DNA of 64,000 nucleotides. Origin: Nanobdellota archaeon (GTDB lineage Archaea > Aenigmatarchaeota > Aenigmatarchaeia > QMZP01). Both the position numbers and the translations under genes were made by a program. The number at the start of each line of letters is the position of its first letter. The first letter of the stretch is position 1. The DNA lies in NCBI GenBank assembly GCA_018816245.1, contig JAHIVW010000003.1, positions 321,453 to 385,452 on the forward strand, read 5' to 3'. A model generated the notes under the pieces. The model was given only the letters and a program-made list of their open reading frames with translations, was not told the DNA's origin and did not search any database. Positions 55,163 through 64,000 of this stretch are shown here, one piece after another.

Positions 55163-57172
55163 ATGGCGGAGATGGCTCAGGTGCAGGACGATAAACCGAT
55201 GTACCTCGGCCAGTTCAAAGAATTCTTCCACCAGCGCTACAAGGAAGAGCTGACCGAGGCAGCCGCAACCGGCGAGTCGTTTGCCATTGATTTCGCGGTC
55301 TTGGAGAAGTTTTCTCCGACTCTAGCAGAGGCCTTGTTGAAAACTCCTGATGAGATTCTCCCTATTATCAAGGAAGCGGTGAAACAGATTGACTTGCCGC
55401 AAAGCCTGCCGGTGCACGTGACGAACTTGCCGGACCACGCAACAATCGGCATCCGGGATTTGCGGTCAGTGCACATTGGCCAATTCGTCCAGGTGGAAGG
55501 GGTTATCCGGCGGGCGAGCGAGATCCGTCCGGAACTCATGAGTATGATTTACGAGTGCACGGATTGTAACATGAAGATTACTGTTGACCGGCGTGGAACG
55601 TTCATTGGTCGTCCGTTTCAATGCGACTGCGGCAACCGGAAGTTTACGGAATCATCGAAACAGTTAGTGGACATGCGGTGGCTCACCATCGAAGAACCGT
55701 TTGAATTGACAGAAGGGGAGCGACCGAGCCAGGTGACCGTTGTGTTGAAAGATGATTTAGTGAACATGTACGGACGGCGGATCACCGAACCAGGAAACCG
55801 GCTGCGATTGACCGGCGTATTACGCGATATCCCGAAAGGAAAGCAATGGAGTGTGAAGCTTGATTTTTATCTCGATGCGGATCACGCAGATCCAACAGAG
55901 ATCGGCTGGGAACGGGTTCAGGTCTCGTCTGAAGAAGAAGAAGAAATCAAGAATCTGGCAAAGGATCCGCAAATATTTGAAAAACTTATTGGATCGCTTG
56001 CGCCGTCGCTGTACGGCATGGAAGAGATCAAGGAAGCGATTATCCTGCAATTTTTCGGTGGCGTGCCGCGGACGCTTGCAGACAAAACCAAGTTCCGAGG
56101 AGACATTCATGTTTTACTTTTGGGCGATCCAAGTTCGGGAAAGAGTCAACTTCTGAAGCTCGCGCCGCAGATTGTGCCGCGCGGAAGGTATGTTTCCGGA
56201 AAAGGTGCGACGGCCGTTGGGTTGACCGCAGGGGTAACAAAAGATGAACAGTTCATGGGTGGCTGGGTACTCGAAGCTGGTGCCATGGTGTTGAGCAACA
56301 AGGGGCTGTTGTCTATTGACGAGTTCGAAAAAATGTCTATTGAAGATCAGGTTGCAATGCATGAAGCAATGGAGCAAGGTTCTGTAAGTATCGCAAAAGC
56401 GTCAATTGTCGCAACCCTGCCTGCGCAAACGTCCGTATTGGCTGGCGGGAACCCGAAGTTCTCACGGTTCGATCCATACATGCCTATTTCGAAACAGATC
56501 ACAATTCCAGATACGTTGTTGTCGCGATTTGATTTGCGATTCATTCTGCGGGATGTCCCTGATGCAGAAAAGGACACGCTCTTGGTTGATCATGTACTGA
56601 CGGCACGGGAGGATGACCAGGACACTGCCGTCCCGCGAATCAGTACGGCCCTTGTTCGTAAGTATGTTTCGTACGCACGGGAAAAGGTGAAACCGAAACT
56701 TACCAAAGAAACCGGGAAGCTGTTGCGGAACTTCTACATCAAGATGCGACGGAAGGCCGAGGGCGGGAACGCACCGGTCCCGATTACGTTGCGGCAGTTC
56801 GAGGCCATGATTCGGTTGTCAGAAGCAGCGGCAAAGGTGCAATTATCCGAGTTGGTGAAACCAGAGCACGCGCAGCGGGCGATCAGGCTGATGCGGTATT
56901 CGCTGCAACAGGTCGGGTACGATCCCGAGACAGGAACGATCGATATTGACAAGGCCGAGGGGGCGCAGACGAGCTCTGCTGACCGCTCCAAGATCCGGGT
57001 GATCACGGACATCATCAACAAGCTGTCCGAGAGGAAGAAGGAGATCGCCGTGGGGGAGATCATTGAAGAGGCGCGGAAGGCCGGGATTGAAGGGGCCGAG
57101 GAGTACGTGGAGAAACTCACGAGAGAGGGGATGCTGTTCGAGCCGAGTCCGGGGTATGTGCAGAAGGTGTGA
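55163..57172 (+). CDS. mcm: MCM replicative helicase (no intein)
   Basis: Zn finger, GDPSSGKSQLL, LEAGA.VL, IDEFEKM, LSRFDL, RQFEA. Confidence 0.97.
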   Translation: MAEMAQVQDDKPMYLGQFKEFFHQRYKEELTEAAATGESFAIDFAVLEKFSPTLAEALLKTPDEILPIIKEAVKQIDLPQSLPVHVTNLPDHATIGIRDLRSVHIGQFVQVEGVIRRASEIRPELMSMIYECTDCNMKITVDRRGTFIGRPFQCDCGNRKFTESSKQLVDMRWLTIEEPFELTEGERPSQVTVVLKDDLVNMYGRRITEPGNRLRLTGVLRDIPKGKQWSVKLDFYLDADHADPTEIGWERVQVSSEEEEEIKNLAKDPQIFEKLIGSLAPSLYGMEEIKEAIILQFFGGVPRTLADKTKFRGDIHVLLLGDPSSGKSQLLKLAPQIVPRGRYVSGKGATAVGLTAGVTKDEQFMGGWVLEAGAMVLSNKGLLSIDEFEKMSIEDQVAMHEAMEQGSVSIAKASIVATLPAQTSVLAGGNPKFSRFDPYMPISKQITIPDTLLSRFDLRFILRDVPDAEKDTLLVDHVLTAREDDQDTAVPRISTALVRKYVSYAREKVKPKLTKETGKLLRNFYIKMRRKAEGGNAPVPITLRQFEAMIRLSEAAAKVQLSELVKPEHAQRAIRLMRYSLQQVGYDPETGTIDIDKAEGAQTSSADRSKIRVITDIINKLSERKKEIAVGEIIEEARKAGIEGAEEYVEKLTREGMLFEPSPGYVQKV

Positions 57173-57191
57173 GGGTTTTGGTTTTCCTATT

Positions 57192-57204
57192 ATAACAGTG
57201 TTAT
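57192..57204. repeat. Dispersed palindrome copy 4
   Basis: TATAACAGTGTTATA between convergent mcm and rnp1. Confidence 0.75.
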
Positions 57205-57224
57205 ATTAAGAAAAAAGAAAAGAA

Positions 57225-57560
57225 CTACCAATTGATATGCCGTTTCTTGATCCGGTCTTCTGGGCGCCCTACGAGCAATTTACCATCAACCCGAACCCAC
57301 TGCCCTGCGGGCACGCGGAAGGAGAAGGTGCTCTGGTCCTTGACGTAGTTCTTGAGCTGACCTTCGATGTCCACGGTGAGGGTGTTCCGGGACTCATCAA
57401 CGACAGTACCTGAATCCCCGATGAAGTTGTGGTTGGTTCGATCAAGCATGCGGACGCCCAAGCCGACGAGCTCGTGCTGGAGGATGTGCTCGGGGATGCG
57501 CAGGGCGGCGGCGATGGCAGCTCGCTTCTCTTTCTTCGGAATAGCCATTTTTGCGACCAT
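57225..57560 (-). CDS. rnp1: Ribonuclease P protein subunit Rpp29/POP4
   Basis: HELVGL.V.......GD.GTVVDE.RNTL...K....F.F....VRVDGKLL.GRPEDRIK; start may be 57548. Confidence 0.9.
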   Translation of the reverse strand: MVAKMAIPKKEKRAAIAAALRIPEHILQHELVGLGVRMLDRTNHNFIGDSGTVVDESRNTLTVDIEGQLKNYVKDQSTFSFRVPAGQWVRVDGKLLVGRPEDRIKKRHINW

Positions 57561-57614
57561 AGTATTCGACGGTGCTAACATGAGAGCCTTCTATTGGGAG
57601 CGGAGATTTATAAG

Positions 57615-57654
57615 ATAACGGTGTTAATTTGGTATGATGATATAACGGTGTTAT
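57615..57654. repeat. Dispersed palindrome copies 5 and 6 (tandem, 27-bp period)
   Basis: ATAACGGTGTTAA (57615) and ATAACGGTGTTAT (57642). Confidence 0.7.
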
Positions 57655-57656
57655 AT

Positions 57657-57698
57657 TGAAAAGAACCCAGAGCACGCGAGAAGGTCTCACGCACTCTG
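57657..57698 (-). terminator. Hairpin plus U-tract terminator
   Basis: Minus strand CAGAGTGCGTGAGA-CCT-TCTCGCGTGCTCTG (14 bp with 3 G-U pairs), then GGTTCTTTTCA. Confidence 0.7.
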
Positions 57699-57719
57699 AG
57701 TTGTCGGCGACGTGGCCGG

Positions 57720-58418
57720 CTAGTCCTCGTCTTCGAGGTCCGTCTCAGGGATCGGAGGCATCATGAAGTGCACTGTATGGGATCTGATATGCTGCTCCAC
57801 GAAGTGTGAGAACAGGGCGATGCCGCACCTGAGATCGCGCTCCCTGAGCAGCTGGATGATTCCCGCGAAGATCAGTTGCCCCGTGGCGTCGGGGTGCCGC
57901 ATGATCTGCTGGATGTCCCGGCATGCCTCCTCGCTGAGCTGACGCTGGTTCCCTCGCTCCATGTCGCCGACGGACTTGAAGAGATCAGTGAGGTTGATCG
58001 GGAGCGGAGCGTACGGCGCCAGGAGCTCGGTCATGAGGGAGAACTCGGCTACCTCATCAAGGATGTCTGGAGTAACACCGAGGCAGTGGTTCACGATGGT
58101 GGGTAGTGTTGCTCCCTCACGCCTGTATTTATCCACCATACCTGTCACACGCTTCCTGAGTTCGTTCCGCTTGTCGCTCCAGTCGGCGCGATTGAATCCC
58201 TCCACTTGAATGGGAAGCTCGTTCTCAGTGCGTTTCTTGAGGCCGACCGTTGAGAACCAGATGCTGAGGAGGTGCTCTGATTCCTCGGTATGGGCGTCAT
58301 CGCCGTTGACGACCTCTGCCGCGGCCTGTTCCCAAGACCCGTTCTGCCAGATGTCTTCGGTTCTGATGATCAGGTCGAGTTCGAGCTCTCTCTCACGTAA
58401 CGTTTTCTTCGCTGCCAT
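57720..58418 (-). CDS. Orphan hypothetical protein (acidic, helical)
   Basis: AAAGGA SD; 232-aa ORF; no recognised motif. Confidence 0.7.
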   Translation of the reverse strand: MAAKKTLRERELELDLIIRTEDIWQNGSWEQAAAEVVNGDDAHTEESEHLLSIWFSTVGLKKRTENELPIQVEGFNRADWSDKRNELRKRVTGMVDKYRREGATLPTIVNHCLGVTPDILDEVAEFSLMTELLAPYAPLPINLTDLFKSVGDMERGNQRQLSEEACRDIQQIMRHPDATGQLIFAGIIQLLRERDLRCGIALFSHFVEQHIRSHTVHFMMPPIPETDLEDED

Positions 58419-58496
58419 TTGGCGTTTCCTTTCTTCCTCCCAGAACAGAAAACCCGGCAGTGTAGGAGGGAGTGCTGCCGGTGTTGTGTGATTAGT

Positions 58497-58583
58497 TCAG
58501 AATAGGTTGATTCTCGTTGGGAAGACGAGCGTCACTATAAGGGTGTCTTTGGGGGTAAACGCGGATTTCGTCGGGGGTTTCAT
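58497..58583 (-). CDS. Candidate 28-aa leader ORF
   Basis: GAGGAGG SD then MKPPTKSAFTPKDTLIVTLVFPTRINLF. Confidence 0.35.
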   Translation of the reverse strand: MKPPTKSAFTPKDTLIVTLVFPTRINLF

Positions 58584-58740
58584 TAATTGGCCTCCTCTCC
58601 AATGCGAGACTGTCGAAAGACAGTCTCAAGACGACAAAATTCGTCCACCACTCGCGCTCCCGCTCCTCTTGGTGACGTGCGTGCATTTCTGGATTCTGCA
58701 ACGTTCTTGCGGAACGTGGGAACTGGTGATGTGAGTTGTG
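58584..58740 (-). ncRNA. Candidate structured RNA leader, short version of 46525..46890
   Basis: TATA TTTAAATA at 58764-58771; the same four sequence blocks in the same order; perfect hairpin GAGACTGTC-TTTC-GACAGTCTC. Confidence 0.5.
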
Positions 58741-58852
58741 AACTTACGAGTTAGTAGTGGAATTATTTAAACCTTATCCCGGCCCGTTCCTTGGCAAACC
58801 ATTAAATGTCCAGATGATTCTTAGGAAAGAGGTACCAGAAAGAACTCTTAGT

Positions 58853-58865
58853 ATAACAGTGTTAT
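58853..58865. repeat. Dispersed palindrome copy 7, overlapping the lhr start codon
   Basis: ATAACAGTGTTAT(G). Confidence 0.7.
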
Positions 58866-61806
58866 GGCCCCCTTCCCCCTCTTCAAAAAGCAACTCGGAA
58901 CCCTCGCCCAGGAGCGCTTCTCTTCCCCGACCGAGGTCCAGCAGGCGACGTTCCCGCTTATCCACGAAGGCAAGAACGCTCTCGTGATCGCAGAAACCGG
59001 CTCTGGAAAAACCGAAGCTGTCCTCCTTCCCTTCTTCGACCGCATGCTCCGCGACCGCGGACGCCCGTTCCAGCTCCTCTATATCACCCCGTTGCGAAGC
59101 CTCAACCGCGACCTGCTTTCCCGCGTGCTCTGGTGGGCCAACCGCCTTGACTTCACGGTCTCGGTCCGCCACGGCGACACGAGCCAGTACGAGCGCTCCA
59201 TGCAGGCAGCCAACCCCGCAGACATGCTCATCGTCACTCCCGAAACCCTCCAGGCCATCCTGGTAGGAAAGGTCCTCCGCACCCACCTTGCGAACGTCCG
59301 CTTCGTGGTCATTGACGAAGCCCACGAACTTCCAGACAGCAAGCGCGGCACCCAGCTTGCGGTCGGTCTGGAACGACTCAAAGCGCTCATCACGGAATAC
59401 GGCAACCCGTCCCCGCAACTCGTCGGCATCTCTGCAACCGTCGGCTCCCCAACAATCGTTTCCTCGTTTTTGGCCGGCAGCTCTGACCCGCTCACGGTCA
59501 TCACTGCAGACCGGCACAAGGAATTCTCCATCACGGTCGATGAGCCGGTTCCCACCCAGGATGATCACGAAGTCGGCAACCGCTTGTACGTCGGCCCCGG
59601 CGTCGCGGCGCGCATCCGCACCATGCACAATCTGATCAAAACACATGCACCAGTGCTCAGTTTCACCAACACAAGAGAAGCAGCAGAGGTCCTCGCTTCG
59701 CGTCTGAAAACACTTGACCCTGAACTCGGTGTTGAAACGCATCATTCTTCACTTTCACGAGACGTGCGCATCAGTGCAGAACAACGGTTCAAGGACAATG
59801 AACTCGCTGCCTTGATCTGTACCTCAAGTCTGGAATTAGGCATCGACATCGGTCACGTTGATCTCGTGCTCCAATACCTTTCCCCACGCCAGGCAGTCAA
59901 GCTCGCGCAACGCGTGGGTCGTGCTGGTCACCGACATGATAAGGTTTCACGCGGCGTTGTTCTGACACAAGACACCGAGGACGGCTTCGAAGCAGCAGTG
60001 ATTGCCAAGCGGACCCTGGAAGGCTGGGTGGAGCCAACCATCCTCCGCGAACAATCGCTCGATGTTCTTGCACACCAGCTTATCGGGCTCACCCTTGAAC
60101 GAAAGGACATCACCTTCCTCGATGCGTACACGATTCTCAAACGAGCCTACCCGTACCGGAACTTGTCCGCAGACGACTTGTTCGATGTCGCCAGATTCAT
60201 GATGCGATTACGACTCCTCCGCATCGAGGATCCTGCGCATCCCATGCCGTGGCAGCGACCAAAGACGCAAGAAGATCTTGACGCGCAACACCACATCAAG
60301 CCGCTTGAAGAGAAACCAACCGTCTTCACGCCGCGGCCAGCACTCAAGAAGAAAAATGATTTAACCCTCCACCGAAAGCTCCCAAGCTGGGAATACTACT
60401 ACACGAATCTCTCGACCATTCCGGACAGCAAGAACGTGCAGCTGTTCGACGTCGTGAATCACGCCCCGGTCGGGTCCCTGGACGCGGAATTCGTTTCTCT
60501 GTACGCACAACCTGGTGCAACGATTATCACCAAAGGAACTCCCTGGCGCGTGTTAGAAACCCGTGATCACCGCGTCAGCGTGGAGCCGGCATCCGGCATC
60601 AAGGCAGCCATTCCTGCATGGCAAGGTGAACTCATTCCTGTTCACTTCGAGATTGCCCAGGACGTTGGCAAACTCCGGCGGCTGATTGCAGAAACACTTG
60701 ACAACAACGAAGATCCGATTTCATTTCTAACAACAACCTATCCGGTCACCAAACAAATCGCCAAGGACATGGTGTCCTTGATCAAGAAACAGCGAAAGAA
60801 GGGGATCCTTCCTGACGACAAGACAATTGTGATTGACCGCTGCGAGGACAAGCTGGTCATCCACTTCTGTGGCGGGTCGTTGGTCAACGATACCCTCGGT
60901 CGCGCACTCTCTGTCTTGTTAACCGGAAAGATCGGCACCATTGGCCTGCAAACCGATCCCTATCGTATCATTCTTACCGTGTCACCAGAATATGCAGAAC
61001 GCATAAAAACTGAGTTAACCAAGCTCACCACAAAAACGTTCCAGGATGTGCTTCACCTTGCCCTTGAAAAAACTGATTTGTTCTTCCTCCGCTTTGCGCA
61101 CGTTGCGAAACGGTTCGGCATCATTTCCCGCGATGCAGACATCATGAAAGCGCAGCTCCGGCGCATTGTCCAGCGGTTCGACGGCTCCCCGGTGTATCGG
61201 GAAACATTCAACGAGCTCCGTGACAAGTTCGATGTTGATCAAGCAATCGACGTCTTGCAAAACATCCGCGAAGGAACGTATCCGATCATCATCAATGAAG
61301 GTATGAGTCCGCTCGCACGGTTCGGTGTCTCCCGGAAAACCGAACTCGTGGCAACAGAAAAACCAGAATCAGAAATATTTGCGCTCTTCAAGAAACGGTT
61401 GTTAGGAACACGGATCGGGTTGCTGTGCTGCCAATGCAACACCTGGGGCACGATCACCACCGCAGAAGAGGTTTCACAGCAACCGGTGTGCAAGAAATGC
61501 CAGGCACGGCTCATCGCGATTGTCCCTCGTGACCGTTACACCTTCGCGCATTCCTTACTCGAAAAAAACCGACAGGGAAAACCGCTTTCTGGAGAAGAAA
61601 AGAAAGAAGTGGAAACCATGTTCGCGTCTGCAAGCCTCGTGATCGACCACGGCTATGAAGCAGTTCGTGCGCTCGCCGGTCGCGGCCTCGGGCCGAAAAC
61701 CGCAGCACGCGTGCTCTCCAAACTCCTCCATGGCGACGACCTGCTGCACGACATCCTCGACGCAGAGCGCCAGTTCGTGAAGACCAGGCAATTCTGGAAG
61801 GGGTAG
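58864..61806 (+). CDS. lhr: Lhr-family SF2 helicase
   Basis: AETGSGKT, YITPLRSLNRD, RHGDT, IDEAHE, HHSSLS, TSSLELGIDIG, QRVGRAGH, IPAWQGE; C-terminal Zn finger. Confidence 0.93.
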   Translation: MAPFPLFKKQLGTLAQERFSSPTEVQQATFPLIHEGKNALVIAETGSGKTEAVLLPFFDRMLRDRGRPFQLLYITPLRSLNRDLLSRVLWWANRLDFTVSVRHGDTSQYERSMQAANPADMLIVTPETLQAILVGKVLRTHLANVRFVVIDEAHELPDSKRGTQLAVGLERLKALITEYGNPSPQLVGISATVGSPTIVSSFLAGSSDPLTVITADRHKEFSITVDEPVPTQDDHEVGNRLYVGPGVAARIRTMHNLIKTHAPVLSFTNTREAAEVLASRLKTLDPELGVETHHSSLSRDVRISAEQRFKDNELAALICTSSLELGIDIGHVDLVLQYLSPRQAVKLAQRVGRAGHRHDKVSRGVVLTQDTEDGFEAAVIAKRTLEGWVEPTILREQSLDVLAHQLIGLTLERKDITFLDAYTILKRAYPYRNLSADDLFDVARFMMRLRLLRIEDPAHPMPWQRPKTQEDLDAQHHIKPLEEKPTVFTPRPALKKKNDLTLHRKLPSWEYYYTNLSTIPDSKNVQLFDVVNHAPVGSLDAEFVSLYAQPGATIITKGTPWRVLETRDHRVSVEPASGIKAAIPAWQGELIPVHFEIAQDVGKLRRLIAETLDNNEDPISFLTTTYPVTKQIAKDMVSLIKKQRKKGILPDDKTIVIDRCEDKLVIHFCGGSLVNDTLGRALSVLLTGKIGTIGLQTDPYRIILTVSPEYAERIKTELTKLTTKTFQDVLHLALEKTDLFFLRFAHVAKRFGIISRDADIMKAQLRRIVQRFDGSPVYRETFNELRDKFDVDQAIDVLQNIREGTYPIIINEGMSPLARFGVSRKTELVATEKPESEIFALFKKRLLGTRIGLLCCQCNTWGTITTAEEVSQQPVCKKCQARLIAIVPRDRYTFAHSLLEKNRQGKPLSGEEKKEVETMFASASLVIDHGYEAVRALAGRGLGPKTAARVLSKLLHGDDLLHDILDAERQFVKTRQFWKG

Positions 61807-61838
61807 CTGTTTTTAAAATCTCCTGTCTTGAATGTTGT

Positions 61839-62462
61839 ATGGACGATGCAAAACAGCTGACGCAGGCAGCGTACGACGCCCACGCAACCATCCTTGCAGA
61901 AAAATACAAGGAACGTATGGACCTCAGCCGACGCCCTGAATTCAAGCGGTTCCTCGAGCTTGTTCCGGGAAACACCATTCTCGACGCCGGTAGCGGTGCA
62001 GGCGACCATGCACGCTACTTCAAGGAACACGACAAGGACGTCCTCTGTATTGACTTCTCGCCGAAGATGATCTCCCTGTGCAAGGAAAAGGGACTTGAGG
62101 CCCGGGTCATGGACATTGAAGCCATGAGCTTCCGGGAACATGCCTTCGACGGCATCTGGGCCGTAGATTCATTCCAGAACATCCGAAAGAGGAACCTTCC
62201 CAAGGTCGTCGCCCGCATGGCGTACATCATCAAACCCGACGGCATCCTCTACGTTGTCGTGCGGGAAGGCGACAGCGAAGGCGTCACCACAACAGAATAC
62301 GGTTCGAAGAAATTCCTTGCCCTTTGGCAGAAGGAAGATATTCTGCTGTTGTTCGAAAAGCAGTTCACCCTGCTCGACTTCAGCCGCGAAACCGTTGGTG
62401 ACAAAACGTATCTCCAGTTCTTCTTCAAGAAACGTCCGGACGCTCCAACAGCAAGTCATTGA
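61839..62462 (+). CDS. Class I SAM-dependent methyltransferase
   Basis: ILDAGSGAG, IDFS..M, FDGIWA, KPDG.L. Confidence 0.9.
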   Translation: MDDAKQLTQAAYDAHATILAEKYKERMDLSRRPEFKRFLELVPGNTILDAGSGAGDHARYFKEHDKDVLCIDFSPKMISLCKEKGLEARVMDIEAMSFREHAFDGIWAVDSFQNIRKRNLPKVVARMAYIIKPDGILYVVVREGDSEGVTTTEYGSKKFLALWQKEDILLLFEKQFTLLDFSRETVGDKTYLQFFFKKRPDAPTASH

Positions 62463-63201
62463 TCGTACCAAGGTCAGTTCCGTCCAGCAGGAACGCGCGC
62501 GCATCCCCGAACCGCGTCAGCTTCAGCATGGGGCTGCGGTGGTCTGCCGGCAGCTGCGGTAAATTCACGACACCACTTCCCGCCAGGTCGGAGAACGCAG
62601 GAACAAGCAACAAGGTCTGTTCTCCTGCGGCAACCGTCGTTGTCTTGTACTGTTCCATGAGCCGCTTCTTCACCACCGGTGCTGCCACCCATGCTGGTTC
62701 GCGCCAGATCTTCCCGGCATCATCATGGAATTCGATGTGCGGATGCACGTGTCCGCACAACAGCATTTCTGCGTTGACCACGTCTTCTGACGGCCACTTG
62801 TGCCCGTGCATGAAAAAGAATTCCCCATCACGAAACCCGCCTGCGTCATGGATCGTGACATTCGGCACGTTGCGCACGATCCGTTCCAAGACAGTATCAT
62901 GGTTCCCGGGAACAATGTCAACCGGAACAATGGATGCGAGTTTCCTGAAAAAAGGCGGCAGCTCTCGCCACTCCTGCTGGCTTGTCCCCGGCACCTCGTG
63001 TTTGACATCCCCGAGAATGAGCAGCCGTTCTGCCTTTTTGGTGAGCTTTTCAATCTTCTCAAGCAGCTGGTCTGTTCCTGAAGGCAGCCGGACGCCGGAC
63101 GCGAGCAACGCTGCCTCGATACCCAGATGCAGGTCAGCGATCACGAGATACTTCCCCACAACCACTGCTGGTTCATTCGTCACAAACTGGAGGCGTTTCA
63201 T
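62425..63201 (-). CDS. Metallophosphoesterase (Lhr-associated MPE-like)
   Basis: ADLHLG, LGDVKH, PGNHD, HGH, GHVHP, VPAFS. Confidence 0.9.
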   Translation of the reverse strand: MKRLQFVTNEPAVVVGKYLVIADLHLGIEAALLASGVRLPSGTDQLLEKIEKLTKKAERLLILGDVKHEVPGTSQQEWRELPPFFRKLASIVPVDIVPGNHDTVLERIVRNVPNVTIHDAGGFRDGEFFFMHGHKWPSEDVVNAEMLLCGHVHPHIEFHDDAGKIWREPAWVAAPVVKKRLMEQYKTTTVAAGEQTLLLVPAFSDLAGSGVVNLPQLPADHRSPMLKLTRFGDARAFLLDGTDLGTINDLLLERPDVS

Positions 63202-63261
63202 AGTGGCCCATTCCTTCCTGCTGGTTTATATCGTTTTCTTTCCTTTTAGTATCTGGTGCGC

Positions 63262-64000
63262 ATGCGGGAATATGGTACGGTCATCTCTCAATTCGACAGT
63301 CCGTCAACCCAGAAATTCTCCTTTGTGATTAACAAGGACGTTGTTGTCCGCCGCGGTCAGTTTGTCCAGCTGGCAGGCGATGACGGCACCATGATCGGCC
63401 GCGTTGCTGATATTCGCAAGGCAAACCGCTACTATATGCGCCCAGAATCCGTGAACCAGGTGGAGCAGACCGCTTCCCTTGCTGACACGTACCCAACCTG
63501 GGAATGGGAATTCATGGTTGCTGACGTCATTCCGATCGGGATCATCACGCCTACGGGGATGACGGACGCGAACATTCCACCATCTCCTGGTTCCCGCGTG
63601 TTCGAGCCAGAATCCACAATCCTGGAGCAGTTTTTCGGGTTTGAACCCACTGGTCTCCATCTCGGCCAGCTTGCCCATCACGCAGTCCCGGTTCGCCTGA
63701 ATCTCACCAAGCTGCTGCACAAACACCTCGCTATCCTTGCTATGTCCGGCGCAGGCAAGTCCCATCTGATGGCGATCATTATCGAGGAACTCCTCAAACG
63801 GACCCCGGATCAAGGACAAATCGGCATGGTGGTCATCGACCCACACGGCGAATACGTGGCATTCGCTGATGATCCGGCATATGCAAACACCGTTCGCGTC
63901 ATTCCGATCAATGACGTCCAAATCAGCCTCAAGAACTTGCGGGAGGCGAACTTTCACATGTTTATCCCTGATCTCACGAGTGCGCAAAGCCGGGTTCTGG
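63262..64000 (+). CDS. herA: HerA-family helicase/ATPase; runs off the window
   Basis: Not in ORF track. MREYGTVISQFDSPST..FSFVI (HAS barrel), KHLAILAMSGAGKS, VVIDPHGEY. Confidence 0.9.
   Translation, partial: MREYGTVISQFDSPSTQKFSFVINKDVVVRRGQFVQLAGDDGTMIGRVADIRKANRYYMRPESVNQVEQTASLADTYPTWEWEFMVADVIPIGIITPTGMTDANIPPSPGSRVFEPESTILEQFFGFEPTGLHLGQLAHHAVPVRLNLTKLLHKHLAILAMSGAGKSHLMAIIIEELLKRTPDQGQIGMVVIDPHGEYVAFADDPAYANTVRVIPINDVQISLKNLREANFHMFIPDLTSAQSRVL

Noticed and set aside
55163..57172. Intein in MCM or Lhr
   Set aside because: Lengths are normal and motifs contiguous; no intein splice-junction motifs seen
57181..57660. Replication origin (ORB) near mcm
   Set aside because: The palindromes lack the G-string of ORB elements, there is no cdc6/orc1 here, and copies are dispersed over 27 kb
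1..64000. CRISPR array, rRNA, IS/transposase, integrase or provirus
   Set aside because: No regularly spaced repeats, rRNA-like tracts or recombinase/transposase motifs were seen by eye

Overview
Gene-dense archaeal chromosomal window. Markers include Dph5, FEN1, ABCE1, L7Ae/S28e/L24e, Sec61beta, Pelota, MCM, Rpp29, Lhr, HerA, a BHB-intron tRNA and TATA promoters. The compact layout and orphan membrane proteins suggest a DPANN-type archaeon, possibly Aenigmarchaeota-like (inference only). Housekeeping genes are mixed with bacterial-type metabolic genes: GSI-beta glnA, class 1A pyrD in a pyrE-C-D-F-argS run, ribBA, korAB and corA. A tetraether lipid synthase (Tes/GDGT-MAS)-like radical SAM gene is also present. 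Highlight 1: a metal-cofactor module at ~20.2-24.3 kb in which a [NiFe]-hydrogenase chaperone domain (HypC) is fused to a [FeFe]-hydrogenase maturase (HydE), followed by an intact HydG, a NikR-like regulator and a ZIP transporter; no hydF, hydA or hypD lies in the window. Highlight 2: two orphan-gene cassettes (46.5-47.9 kb and 57.6-58.9 kb) share a structured RNA leader and a hairpin+U-tract terminator, and both are bracketed by a palindrome ATAAC-N3-GTTAT that occurs 7 times at transcription-unit boundaries. Highlight 3: an intron-containing tRNA-Gln(UUG) with C at the near-invariant U33. No CRISPR array, rRNA, transposase or integrase was seen. All calls come from motif recognition by eye; no database searches were run.
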